NCBI GenBank assembly: GCA_035319645.1
Contig: DATHCI010000119.1
Span: 32,401-96,400 of the forward strand
Reading direction: 5' to 3'
From: Methylocystis sp.
Lineage (GTDB): Bacteria; Pseudomonadota; Alphaproteobacteria; Rhizobiales; Beijerinckiaceae
Length of the DNA: 64,000 nucleotides
The position numbers were made by a program, and so were the translations under genes. Positions 1 through 9,548 of this stretch are shown piece after piece. Position 1 is the stretch's first letter. Each line of letters opens with the position of its first letter. The notes under the pieces were generated by a model that saw only the letters and a list, made by a program, of their open reading frames with translations, made no database searches and was not told the DNA's origin.

Positions 1-452
1 AGGATGCGGAAGATGAATCCGCCGGCGCCGACCGCGAACCAGATATAGCCGACGTGGCGGAAAAGCTCCCACGTGCTCGTCGGCGTCGGGAGGAGGCCGA
101 ATATGGTGGGATCGACGAGCAGCACCAGCGGCGACAGGGCCCAGATGGCCATGAGCACGCGCTTTCTCTGCAGGTTATAGCCGACCTTGATCGATTCCTT
201 ATATTCGTGCGTCGCGTGGTTGACTTCGTCGTAGCCTCGCGGCTCGAAGAAGAAGTGACCAGATTGTCGTGTCGTCATGGACACGAGCCACGCCACGAGC
301 GCGGCAAGCGCGGGATCCTTCAGGAGAAGCGCGTAGCTACAGAGAAAGCTGATCGCGCTCACGAAATGCAGAGACTGGTTGACCAGGCTGTGATGATAGT
401 AGCGATGGTCGTCCCACCGCTGGATTTTCAGGGAGTTCAGGAAGTTTTGCAT
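1..452 (-). CDS. Conserved membrane protein (Mpo1/DUF962-like), runs off the window start
   Basis: Not in the ORF track because it is truncated. Manual translation from ATG at 452: MQNFLNSLKIQRWDDHRYYHHSLVNQSLHFVSAISFLCSY...RQSGHFFFEP..., with His motifs and hydrophobic segments; open to position 1. Confidence 0.75.
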   Translation of the reverse strand, partial: MQNFLNSLKIQRWDDHRYYHHSLVNQSLHFVSAISFLCSYALLLKDPALAALVAWLVSMTTRQSGHFFFEPRGYDEVNHATHEYKESIKVGYNLQRKRVLMAIWALSPLVLLVDPTIFGLLPTPTSTWELFRHVGYIWFAVGAGGFIFRI

Positions 453-490
453 GGCGCGCCTTCAACCGCAGGGCAGATTTTTATTTGGGT

Positions 491-519
491 ATTTCGGTTT
501 CGTGAAACGGCTATGACAG
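491..519 (-). promoter_or_regulatory. Candidate Pho box (PhoB-type 11-bp direct repeats)
   Basis: Minus strand reads CTGTCAT-agcc-GTTTCAC-gaaa-CCGAAAT at 11-bp period, about 40 bp upstream of the ATG at 452. Only the first heptamer is a perfect consensus match. Confidence 0.45.
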
Positions 520-788
520 GTTTTGCACATGGCCTGTGAGATCCACGGGCGCGAAGGAAACAGCTCTTCGTTCGCGAAGCCGCGTGTGAACAAAGAGGGG
601 CGCGGCTTGCGTGAGCACGATGCGCGGCGCTGCGTAAGGCGCGGCTTGCGCCCCATTGATCTCGCTTCGCATTTCGGCCCGGCGGGCGCGAGGCGCGGCA
701 GTCGATGGCTCTTGCGAGCTGAATCTTTGTTGGCCGCGAGCGAAGGCGCGACTAGACGTCGCGCAGCAGCCAGGACAAATCGACGCAC

Positions 789-1658
789 ATGACAGGGTTG
801 GATGCAATCGTGATCGCGCTCCCGGCCGCCTACGGACTCGCGCTAATCTTGCTCTTCGTCTTTCAACGACGCCTCCAGTATCTTCCCGACCGTCGTCCCA
901 CGCCCGTGGCGCAATCCGGCATGACGGGCGGGGAAGACTTGCGGCTCGAGACCTCAGATGGCGAGACGCTCGTCGCGTGGCATTTTCCACCCGAGCGCGG
1001 GCGACCCGTCATCCTCTATTTCCACGGCGCCGCGGGCGCGCTCGTTGATCGGGTTCCGCGTCTCCGCCCTCTCGTGGCGCGCGGCTACGGGCTTTTCGCC
1101 GTCTCTTTTCGCGGCTATGCCGGCTCAACCGGCAGCCCGACCGAGGACGGGCTGATTCTCGACGCCGAGACGGCCTATCGCGAAGCTGCGCTTCGATACG
1201 GCGACGACAGGCTCGTCATCATGGGCGCGTCGCTTGGAACCGCGATCGCAGTGGCCGTGGCGGCGAAGCGCGAGGCGTTGGCGCTCGTTCTGCTCGCGCC
1301 TTTCCTGTCGGCCATGGACGTGGCCGCGCGCCGCTTGCCGATGTTGCCGGTCAAGCGGCTGATGCGCGATCAATATCGAACTGACCTCGCAATTTCGGGT
1401 GTGTGCATGCCGGTGCTCATGATTCACGGCGCGCGCGACCGCATCGTTCCGATTACGTCCGGGGAGAGGCTTTTCGCGCTGGCGCGCGAACCGAAGCGGT
1501 TTCTCAACGTGCCGCATGGCGGCCATGTGGTGCTCGGTTCGAGCGGCGTCCTGGAAGAGCTCTGCGACTGGATCGATCGCGTCGACGCGCGTCGGCGCGT
1601 GGTTCGTCGCGACATGAACACAGGCATGAGCGTATCGGGCGGCGACGAAGATCCTTGA
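789..1658 (+). CDS. Alpha/beta hydrolase with N-terminal membrane anchor (ABHD12/13, Bem46-like)
   Basis: N-terminal TM followed by FQRRLQY; LYFHG; nucleophile GASLG; HGARDRIVP (Asp); GGH (His). Confidence 0.9.
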   Translation: MTGLDAIVIALPAAYGLALILLFVFQRRLQYLPDRRPTPVAQSGMTGGEDLRLETSDGETLVAWHFPPERGRPVILYFHGAAGALVDRVPRLRPLVARGYGLFAVSFRGYAGSTGSPTEDGLILDAETAYREAALRYGDDRLVIMGASLGTAIAVAVAAKREALALVLLAPFLSAMDVAARRLPMLPVKRLMRDQYRTDLAISGVCMPVLMIHGARDRIVPITSGERLFALAREPKRFLNVPHGGHVVLGSSGVLEELCDWIDRVDARRRVVRRDMNTGMSVSGGDEDP

Positions 1659-1769
1659 TGCGGCGAGGAGGAAGAGCGTGAGCGCCGCTTCGGCAAACAC
1701 GGGAACGAGCGCCGTTTTCATGAAGAACTTTCCTCCGATCTTTTTCGCCCCGAAGAAAGGAGACGACAT

Positions 1770-2228
1770 ATGAGCCGGGAAGAATCGCGCCGCGCCCTGT
1801 ATCGAATGGTCGACGGATCGCTCGGACCTCGACGTGACTTCCGCATCACGGTCGGCCTGCGCGAGGGCTGGGACCAGAACGGGCGCGTGTTCGACGTATC
1901 TGAAGCGGTGCGCACGGCGCGCGCCTGGATGCAGCGGCGCGTCGAAGCCCATCTGCCGGCGCTCTCGGGCATGTTCACGCGCGCCGAGGTGACCTACGCC
2001 TGGCGGCGTCCGGACGGCGCTGCGGCCTCCGACCGCGAACCCGTCGCCATCTTCACCGGCGAGGCCGTGCATGCCTATCTCGGCCATCTCCCTGACCAGG
2101 ATATAGAGGCCATGTTGAACGAGCTCGCGGTCGAACTCGGTCTCGCGCTCGGCCAGGAGCGCCTTTATGTCGCGTTCTGCGATCGGACCTGGATTCTGGA
2201 CTGCGCCGAGGCCGTGGAGGAGAGCTGA
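1770..2228 (+). CDS. Hypothetical protein, 152 aa (see findings)
   Basis: Strong RBS AAGAAAGGAG before the ATG; normal codon style; globular alpha/beta composition. Confidence 0.8.
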   Translation: MSREESRRALYRMVDGSLGPRRDFRITVGLREGWDQNGRVFDVSEAVRTARAWMQRRVEAHLPALSGMFTRAEVTYAWRRPDGAAASDREPVAIFTGEAVHAYLGHLPDQDIEAMLNELAVELGLALGQERLYVAFCDRTWILDCAEAVEES

Positions 2229-2260
2229 GAGGCTCATCCTCGGTCGCGTTTTATCAACGC

Positions 2261-4468
2261 TTACGCCGCAGCGGCGCGCGCCCCCGCGTTCCCATAGAAG
2301 CTCTCGCCTTTTTGCGCCATGTCGCGCAGAAGCTGCGGCGGCGAAAATCGCGCGCCGTGCTTCTTCGCAAGCGCGTCGCAAAGCGCGACGAAGGCCGCAA
2401 CGCCCATCCCGTCGATGTATGAGAGCGCGCCGCCTGTGAAGGGCGCGAAACCGAAGCCCAAAATTGAGCCGACGTCGGCCTCGCGCGGATCGACGATCAC
2501 ATGGTCGGCCACGGTGCGCGCCGCCTCCACCGCCTGCGCGACGAGGAAGCGCTGCTTGAGCTCCGCGACGTCTAGCGTGTCGGGGTTGAGCCTCTTGTCC
2601 GTCGCGTCCGACAGCCCCGGCCAGAGCGTCTTCTTGCCGCTCGTCGGATAGTCATAAAAACCCTTGCCGTTCTTGCGCCCGAAGCGAGCGTTCTTCTCGA
2701 CCATGAAGGCGAGCACGGCCTCCTGCGCCGGATCGACCGCCTTGGGACCCAAGTCCTTCTTCGTCGCCTGAAGGATCTTCCAACCCAGATCGAGCCCCAC
2801 CTCGTCGTTCAGCGAGAGCGGTCCGACGGGCATGCCGGCCATGCGCGCGACATTCTCGATCATCGCCGGCGGGACGCCCTCGAGCAGCATGATCGCGCCC
2901 TCGCGCACATAGCCGAGCACGCAGCGATTGGCGAAGAAGCCGCGCGAATCATTCACGACGATCGGCGTCTTCTTGATGAGGCGCACGAAGTCGAGCGCCG
3001 TCGCCAGCGCCTTGTCGCCCGTCGCCTCGCCCCGGATGATCTCGACGAGCATCATCTTTTCCACCGGCGAGAAGAAGTGGACGCCGATGAAGTCCTTCGG
3101 GCTGAGCGAAGTCTCGGCGAGCGAGGTGATCGGCAGCGTGGAGGTGTTCGAGGCGAAGACGACGTCAGCGCCGACGACTTCCTGCGCCTTCCTGGTCGCG
3201 TCGGCCTTGACCGCACGGTCCTCGAACACCGCTTCGAGGATGAGGTCGCAGCCGCTGAGCCGAGCATAGTCCGGCGTCGCCGTGACGCGCGCGAGCAGCG
3301 CCTCCTTCTCGGCGGCTGTCGCCTTGCCGCGCGACACCTGGCCCGAGATGAGCTTGTCGATTGCGGCCCTTCCCTTGTCGGCGCTCTCCTGGTCGCGGTC
3401 GATGAGCACGACTTCGAGCCCCGCCGTTGCGGAGACATAGCCGACGCCCGCACCCATGAAGCCCGCGCCGAGGATGCCGATCTTCTTGAGCGTCGTCGGC
3501 GGAACGGTTTTCGGGCGGCGGGCGCCTTTCTCGAGCTCGCCCTTGGAGAGAAACAGCGTGCGGATCATCGCGGCCGCTTCCTTGGAGCGCAGGATATGCG
3601 CAAACCAGCGCGACTCGACGGTAAGCGCCTGGTCCATCGGCAGCTGCAGGCCCTCATAGACCGCATGCAGGATCGCCTTGGCCGCGGGATAATTGTCGTA
3701 GGTCTCGCGGCGATAGATGGCGTTGGCCGGCGGCCAGATCATCATGCCGCCGGGCGAGAAGATGCGGCCAGACGGCGGTTTGAAGCCCTTCTGGTCCCAG
3801 GGCGCGACCGCCGAGCCGCCGCTGGCGATCCAGGCTGCGGCGCGCCCTACGATCTCGTTCTGGGGCGAAAGCTCATGAGCGAGCCCGGCAGCCTTGGCGG
3901 CCTTTGCCGGCACTTGCTGACCCTTGGCAAGGAACTGCAGCGCATCGCCGGTCGGCAGCAGGCGCGCGACGCGCTGCGTGCCGCCCGCGCCCGGGAACAG
4001 CCCCACCTGGATCTCCGGGAGGCCGACCTTCGTGTTGTCATTGTCCGCGAGCACGCGATAGTGGCAGGCGAGCGCGAGCTCGAAGGCGCCGCCGAGGCAG
4101 ACGCCGTTGATCGCGGCGGCGAAGGGCTTGCCGCAGGTCTCGAGCCGCCGATAGAGCTGCGAGAGCCGGCGCGAGGCCTCGAAGAACAGGCGATTCGCCG
4201 CGTCGAAGCCTTTTTCGCGCAGCGCTTGCTCATAGCCGGCGCGGCTCTTTTGCAGCATCGAGAGATCGGCGCCGCCCGAGAAGGCCGGCTTTCCCGAGGT
4301 GATGACGCAGCCCTTGATCTCAGGGGTCGCGACGACATGCTCGACGACCAGAGCGATCTCGTCGATGACGCCCTCGGTGATGACGTTCATCGAGCGGTCG
4401 GGCATGTCCCAGGTCAGGACCGCAACGCCGTCCGCGCCGGTCTCGAAACGAAAGTTCTGCAGGTTCAT
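2261..4468 (-). CDS. fadJ: Fatty-acid oxidation complex alpha subunit (enoyl-CoA hydratase / 3-hydroxyacyl-CoA dehydrogenase)
   Basis: Crotonase motifs FSGGADL, CLGGAFELALAC, GLPE..GLFPGAGG; HAD motifs GAGFMGAG, ASNTSTLPI, HFFSPV. Confidence 0.95.
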   Translation of the reverse strand: MNLQNFRFETGADGVAVLTWDMPDRSMNVITEGVIDEIALVVEHVVATPEIKGCVITSGKPAFSGGADLSMLQKSRAGYEQALREKGFDAANRLFFEASRRLSQLYRRLETCGKPFAAAINGVCLGGAFELALACHYRVLADNDNTKVGLPEIQVGLFPGAGGTQRVARLLPTGDALQFLAKGQQVPAKAAKAAGLAHELSPQNEIVGRAAAWIASGGSAVAPWDQKGFKPPSGRIFSPGGMMIWPPANAIYRRETYDNYPAAKAILHAVYEGLQLPMDQALTVESRWFAHILRSKEAAAMIRTLFLSKGELEKGARRPKTVPPTTLKKIGILGAGFMGAGVGYVSATAGLEVVLIDRDQESADKGRAAIDKLISGQVSRGKATAAEKEALLARVTATPDYARLSGCDLILEAVFEDRAVKADATRKAQEVVGADVVFASNTSTLPITSLAETSLSPKDFIGVHFFSPVEKMMLVEIIRGEATGDKALATALDFVRLIKKTPIVVNDSRGFFANRCVLGYVREGAIMLLEGVPPAMIENVARMAGMPVGPLSLNDEVGLDLGWKILQATKKDLGPKAVDPAQEAVLAFMVEKNARFGRKNGKGFYDYPTSGKKTLWPGLSDATDKRLNPDTLDVAELKQRFLVAQAVEAARTVADHVIVDPREADVGSILGFGFAPFTGGALSYIDGMGVAAFVALCDALAKKHGARFSPPQLLRDMAQKGESFYGNAGARAAAA

Positions 4469-4496
4469 TTGATCCCCCAGGTTGTCGTTACCGGCC

Positions 4497-4919
4497 TCAA
4501 TCCTTCCATGGGTTCAGAACGCTGAGGTCGAACGCCTCAAAATCTTTAGTGTTGCGCGTAACGAGCGTCATGTCGTGAACAATCGCTGTGGCGGCAAGAT
4601 ACTTATCGACGGCGCCGACGCCCACGCCTCGGCGCTTCGCTTCGGCCGATAGCACGCCCCACAGATCGGCAATCGCCATCGTAATGTCGAGAATGCGCCC
4701 CCGAAACCGGAGCGGCAGGTCGCGGCGCAGCCATTCGTCCAGATTTGCTTTTCTTCGTCCGCGCTCCAAGCACGCCACGCCAGCGCGCAATTCTCCGAGG
4801 GTCGCGACGGAGACGTGCAATCCCTGTTCGTCAGCCGCCCTTAACCAAGCCGTGAGGTTCGCGTCAGGATCTAGTCGTCTAAATTCGGACAACACATTGG
4901 TGTCCAGCAGATATTTCAT
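4497..4919 (-). CDS. vapC: Type II TA toxin, VapC (PIN domain)
   Basis: YLLDTNVLSE, D..LAATA, LVTRNTKDF; start overlaps the antitoxin stop (ATGA). Confidence 0.93.
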   Translation of the reverse strand: MKYLLDTNVLSEFRRLDPDANLTAWLRAADEQGLHVSVATLGELRAGVACLERGRRKANLDEWLRRDLPLRFRGRILDITMAIADLWGVLSAEAKRRGVGVGAVDKYLAATAIVHDMTLVTRNTKDFEAFDLSVLNPWKD

Positions 4920-5230
4920 AAATCGACGTCGCGTGGCGCCTCCTTGTCGCGCTCGATTTCAATTTCCGAGCCGCGAAGAGGGGACGCGATCAAAAAATCC
5001 GCCAGCGTGTCTTTGGGCAGGGTTCTGCACTCCCATTCGTCAAAGGCGACGACAACTGCTACAGGTCTGCCGTCCCGCGTTATGACTTGCGCGCCCTCCT
5101 CATCGGCCAAGGCCAACACTTGCGGGAAACGCTCCGAGGCGTCGGAAAAACTCCACGCCTGAAGCGGACCTTGCGGGCTTTCGGCGGCTAAGGCGTCGGA
5201 GCGCGGCTTTTGATGGGCGATTTGAGGCAT
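4916..5230 (-). CDS. Type II TA antitoxin, Phd/YefM family
   Basis: WSFSDASERF...GAQVITRDGRPVAVVV signature; RBS AGGAG; coupled to vapC. Confidence 0.88.
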   Translation of the reverse strand: MPQIAHQKPRSDALAAESPQGPLQAWSFSDASERFPQVLALADEEGAQVITRDGRPVAVVVAFDEWECRTLPKDTLADFLIASPLRGSEIEIERDKEAPRDVDL

Positions 5231-5473
5231 CTGTGCTCCTGCGACGCTTGGGAGCGGCTAATCCATGTTAGCATGATTTAACCGTTTACTCGAGGCGGTC
5301 GCGGCAAGCAATGACCTGCAGCGCATCGGTGCAGCGCGCCGCCCTCTCGCCTGGCGGCCGGACGCCGCGCCCTTGCCCAGCCAGGAGAAGTCGACGGCGT
5401 CTGGCGGCCGAGAGGAGCCGACCCCTCATGGCCGTGGCCAATTGGAGGATAGGCCCGTCGGGCGCGATGGTCG

Positions 5474-5944
5474 TCACCGTCTTGTCCACAAGAGCGCGTC
5501 TATCGAGCAATGGCCGCCGCCGCGCAGCGCGTAGCTCAGCGCCACGACGCCCCACAGCAGCGGATATTCATAGCCGCCGTGGCTCCAGAAGAATCCCTGC
5601 GGCAGATGAACGGCGAAGACCACGAAAAACATCATGCCGGCGACAACGAGGCCGACGACGCGCGTCGCAATCCCGAGCGCCAGCAGCGCGCCGCCGAAGA
5701 ACTCGACGACGCCGGCGACGATGGCGAGCCACGGCGGCAGGCCGAGCTTCGTCGCAAACATCTGTCCCGCGCCCTCGAGTCCGGGACCGCCGAACCAGCC
5801 GAAGAGCTTTTGCGCGCCATGCGGCATGAGCAGCAGGCCTGCGGTCAGGCGCACGAGCGCGTCTGCGTAGACGCCGACGCGATCTGTGAAGGGGACTACT
5901 GTGGCAAGACCGGCGAAATCGGGGGAGCCGCTGTGCGCGGACAT
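5474..5944 (-). CDS. DoxX family membrane protein
   Basis: HGAQKLFGWFGG, EFFGG, GGYEYPL motifs; RBS AAGGAGG. Confidence 0.92.
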   Translation of the reverse strand: MSAHSGSPDFAGLATVVPFTDRVGVYADALVRLTAGLLLMPHGAQKLFGWFGGPGLEGAGQMFATKLGLPPWLAIVAGVVEFFGGALLALGIATRVVGLVVAGMMFFVVFAVHLPQGFFWSHGGYEYPLLWGVVALSYALRGGGHCSIDALLWTRR

Positions 5945-6094
5945 AGGGGCCTCCTTGAACGACCGGATCGAAAGACGGCTCAGAGCCTAGGGCATATTTA
6001 GGAGCGACACAAAGTCGACAAGGCGACAAGAATCGCGCGAACGATTAGAAAGCGCTTCAGAGAATCACGCCGACTAAGGGTGCTCGACGCCGAC

Positions 6095-6607
6095 ATGACC
6101 GAATTCACTTGTCCCTGCCGGCTGCGCGCCGCGCCGCTGACCTATTCGCAATGCTGCGCGCCGCAGCTCGAGGCCGGAAAGCCCGCGCCGACGGCCGAAG
6201 CGCTCATGCGCGCCCGCTACAGCGCCTATGCTCTCGGAAAGATCGACTTCCTCGTCGATTCGCTCGCGCCCGAGTCTCGCCACGACTTCGACCGGAAAGC
6301 GGTCGCGCACTGGTCGACGCAGTCGCAGTGGCTCGGTCTCGACATTCTCTCGACCGAAGCGGGTCAGGCCGGCGACTCCGAAGGAGTCGTCGAGTTCGTC
6401 GCCCATTTCGTGCTCGACGGCGAGGAGCGCGCCCATCGCGAGCGCTCGCGTTTCCGTTTCGAGTCGGAAGACGGACGCTGGTATTTCGTCGAGGAGGTGA
6501 AGCGAAAGACTGCGCCGATCGTCAGGGGCGATCAGCCCGGCCGCAATGACCCGTGCCCTTGCGGTTCGGGGAAGAAATTCAAGAAGTGCTGCGGCGCGGC
6601 GGCCTGA
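6095..6607 (+). CDS. ychJ: YchJ family protein with SEC-C motifs
   Basis: N-terminal CPC...[24 protein letters not shown]-terminal [18 protein letters not shown]. Alternative GTG start at 6080. Confidence 0.92.
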   Translation: MTEFTCPCRLRAAPLTYSQCCAPQLEAGKPAPTAEALMRARYSAYALGKIDFLVDSLAPESRHDFDRKAVAHWSTQSQWLGLDILSTEAGQAGDSEGVVEFVAHFVLDGEERAHRERSRFRFESEDGRWYFVEEVKRKTAPIVRGDQPGRNDPCPCGSGKKFKKCCGAAA

Positions 6608-6630
6608 CGGGCCGCCGAAGCCCCCAGCGA

Positions 6631-8046
6631 TCAGCCCGCCGCGCCCGGGAGATTTTCCGGCTCTGAGGCGGGCGGCGGCGCGGGAGCGATGGCCGGCGTC
6701 GCGGGGCGCGCCACGAAGGCCTGCGGAATGTTCGCGCGCCCGTCCGTTGTGAGGCTCTCGGCCGCGTCGGGCGGCGGCGCCCAAACAAATGCGTCGAGCC
6801 GGCCGGTCTTGGGCGAGATCGGCGCCCAGCTCCGCGAGACCACGCCGTCGGCGATCCACACCGGATCGCGCGGGGCGCGCGACCCGCGCGCGAGCCACTC
6901 CCGCACCGGGCCGCTCGGGCCGTTCTCCGCGTCCTCGATCTCGGCCATGAGCAGGCAGGTATGGGCCGTGGGCTGCGCGCCCTCGGCCACGAGCGGCGCG
7001 AGCGCCTCGCGCGCCCGCGCAAATGCGCGTGCGGACAGCGCCGTCTGGGCCACGAGCTGGCGGCTTTCCGGGGCATTGGGCGCGAGCCGGGCGAGATGCT
7101 CGACGCCTTGCAGCGCCTGCGTATTCGATTCCGATCCCAGCGCCTCGAGATAGGCCGCGCCGAGCTCGGGATGCGGCGCCTTGCCCCAGACATGCATGAT
7201 AAGCTTTACCGCCTGCTTGCGCTGCCCGAGCCGCGTCAGCATGCGCGCGGAGATGACCGCGGCGGGGATGAAGTTCGGACGGCGTTTCAGCGCCAGCTTC
7301 GCGAGCTGCAGCGCCTCGTTCGGATCGTCGCGCTGCTTCTCGGTCGCGAGCGCCGTTTCGATGACGGCGCGCAACCGCTGCGCCGTCTCATAGTCGATGG
7401 CCTTGGCCTTGAAGCTCTCCTCGATCACCGCACGGGCCCTGTCCCATTCGCCCAGCGCCGTGTGATGGGCGAGCACGGCTTCCCCGGCCCAGGGCAGCGG
7501 CGCGATCTCATGCGCGGTCTTCGCGAAATGGTGCGCCGCCTCAGCGTCGTCGCGACGCTTCGCTTCGATGTGCAGTCCACGCAGGCCGAGCAGTCGCGTC
7601 TCGTCGTGAAGCGTCATCTCGTGGAAATGGGCTTCAGCCTTTCCGGCGTCGCCCGAGAGCTGAGCGGATTGCGCGCTCAGATATTTCGTCAGGGGTTCGG
7701 CGGGGAGGTGTCGTTGCGCTTCCAGCGCCGCCTTGCGCGCGAGATTGGCGTCGCCGGCGGCGACGGCCGCGATGCCGCGGGTGATGGCCTTAAAGCCCTT
7801 CTCCCGGCTGCGCCGCGCCCAGCCCGCGCTCATCCGCCAGGGCGCGCCGAGGATCGCCCAGAGAGTCCAGCCGAGGAACAGAAAGCCGATGACGACGACG
7901 ACGATCGCCGCGAGGGCCGCCGCGATGGTGGTGTCGATGTGATAATCGCCCCAGACCAGCGTCAGCGAGCCTGGATGATCGACGACCCATTCGAGGCCGT
8001 AGGCGAGGGCGGCGACAGCGGCGATGAAGACGAGCACGAACCACAT
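6631..8046 (-). CDS. hemY: HemY_N domain / TPR membrane protein (alphaproteobacterial HemY)
   Basis: Two N-terminal TMs with PG.L...W, TPR-like helices, LLGLRGL, C-terminal DPVWIADG..S..WAPISP.TGRLDAFVW. Confidence 0.9.
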   Translation of the reverse strand: MWFVLVFIAAVAALAYGLEWVVDHPGSLTLVWGDYHIDTTIAAALAAIVVVVIGFLFLGWTLWAILGAPWRMSAGWARRSREKGFKAITRGIAAVAAGDANLARKAALEAQRHLPAEPLTKYLSAQSAQLSGDAGKAEAHFHEMTLHDETRLLGLRGLHIEAKRRDDAEAAHHFAKTAHEIAPLPWAGEAVLAHHTALGEWDRARAVIEESFKAKAIDYETAQRLRAVIETALATEKQRDDPNEALQLAKLALKRRPNFIPAAVISARMLTRLGQRKQAVKLIMHVWGKAPHPELGAAYLEALGSESNTQALQGVEHLARLAPNAPESRQLVAQTALSARAFARAREALAPLVAEGAQPTAHTCLLMAEIEDAENGPSGPVREWLARGSRAPRDPVWIADGVVSRSWAPISPKTGRLDAFVWAPPPDAAESLTTDGRANIPQAFVARPATPAIAPAPPPASEPENLPGAAG

Positions 8047-8063
8047 GGTCGAGCGTTCCCGAA

Positions 8064-9422
8064 TTAATTCTTGAGGTGTCCGAGACCGGCGACTGCGCCC
8101 TCGATCAGCGCTGCCGACGAAGCGTGAGCCCGCGCGAGCGCGTTGAGCTTCTCGCCGAAAGCGGGGGACTCGGCGTCTTGGGGAAGCCGCGAGAAGGCCT
8201 GCGCGGCCGCGGCGGCGTCGTCATGGGCGAGCGCGACCTCGACCTCGACGAGCCGTGCGTCCAGGGACGAGGCGTCCGGCGCGCCGCTCTTGACATGCAC
8301 GAGCTTGCTCAACGCCCGCGAAAGGCCGTCCCAGAAGCTCTCCCCGGCGGGGGCCGGTCCCTGGAGGGCCAGCAGGCGGCGTGCGATCGGCGCGAATTCT
8401 GCAAGCAGTTTCGCCGTCGTCGGCGCGCCTTGTTCGGCGAAAGGCTCGAGGTCGGCGAGCAGGCGTGGATCGGCGCCGCGTTCGGCAAGCGCCGCCGTTT
8501 CCGCAGCAAAGGGGCGGCCGTGACGCAGTTCCTCCGACAAAAGCTCGGCGAGGGCGAGCGACTCGACACCCGACGTATTCGCCGCTTCGCCCTTCGGCGC
8601 AGGCGCAGCAACCGGCGTTTCCGAGTCGGCGCGCGTCGTCTCTTTCGGCTGCTCGAGGCGTTCCCTGACGCGCGTGATCTCGTCGCCGAGCTCGTCGATC
8701 CGGCCCTCGAGCGCGGTCACACTGTCGCTGAGCTCGGCGAGCGCGGCCCCGCCCGCGGGCTTATCACCCTGTCCTTCGGTCTTCACGGGCGCGGGGCGCT
8801 GCGCCTGCTTCGCCGCCTCGAGCGCCGCGCGCGCCGTGTCGAGCGCCTGCTGGCCGGCGTCCGAGACTGCGGCGAAGTTCTGCCGGAGCGCCGCGATCTC
8901 TTCGCGCAGCTCGGCCAGCTCCTCGCGTGAAACCTCTTGGACCGGCGGCGGCGCCGCGACCTGCGCAGGGACGGCGGGGGCGGGCGTCGGCGCCTCCCCG
9001 ACCGGGGCAGGCTGCGCGGGCGGGCGTTGGGCCAGCGGAACAAGAGTCGGCGCGACCGTCGACTTGCGGCCCGCGACTCGTGGAGCGGGCTTCTCGGGCT
9101 CCTGGCCGAGCAGCTGTGCGACGTAACGTTCGATCTGCTCCGAGGCCGCGGACGCGGCGGCGCCCGGATCCTTCTCGGCGCTCTCAATAAAGTCGGCGAT
9201 GACGCGCAGGCGCTCGTCCTTGTCCTTGAAGTAAATTGCGGCCGCTCCGCCGGCGACGAGCAGCAGGATGAGCGCCGAAATAAGGCGAAAGAGGACGCCG
9301 AAGAAGCCCGGGCGCTTCCGGCCAGGGGGCCGCACGGCCAGCAGCTCAGCCGCAGCCTGCGCGGCGCGAGGTTTTTCCTCGTTCTTGACGCCGTTCTGGT
9401 TCTCGATTTCGACTTGCGCCAT
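8064..9422 (-). CDS. COG4223 / mitofilin-like (alphaproteobacterial Mic60) protein
   Basis: N-terminal TM, Pro-rich linker, coiled coil, C-terminal G.PF.AE / GAPT..L..EF / LV.V motifs; directly upstream of hemY; RBS AAGGAG before ATG 9422. Confidence 0.8.
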   Translation of the reverse strand: MAQVEIENQNGVKNEEKPRAAQAAAELLAVRPPGRKRPGFFGVLFRLISALILLLVAGGAAAIYFKDKDERLRVIADFIESAEKDPGAAASAASEQIERYVAQLLGQEPEKPAPRVAGRKSTVAPTLVPLAQRPPAQPAPVGEAPTPAPAVPAQVAAPPPVQEVSREELAELREEIAALRQNFAAVSDAGQQALDTARAALEAAKQAQRPAPVKTEGQGDKPAGGAALAELSDSVTALEGRIDELGDEITRVRERLEQPKETTRADSETPVAAPAPKGEAANTSGVESLALAELLSEELRHGRPFAAETAALAERGADPRLLADLEPFAEQGAPTTAKLLAEFAPIARRLLALQGPAPAGESFWDGLSRALSKLVHVKSGAPDASSLDARLVEVEVALAHDDAAAAAQAFSRLPQDAESPAFGEKLNALARAHASSAALIEGAVAGLGHLKN

Positions 9423-9548
9423 CCGGAGCTCCTTCACCTCGGCGCCTTATAACCGACCAACGACGACCGCGAAACAGTCTGGGGGCGCTTCGCGGCGCCG
9501 CGATTTCGACGGCGCGTGAATTCGCGCGTGCGTGCTAGGACGTTTGGC

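Noticed and set aside
54-539. 161-aa plus-strand ORF
   Set aside because: Antisense to the motif-bearing membrane gene at 1-452.
5286-5555. Small ORF between doxX and the antitoxin
   Set aside because: Arg-rich, overlaps doxX, no RBS or recognisable motif.
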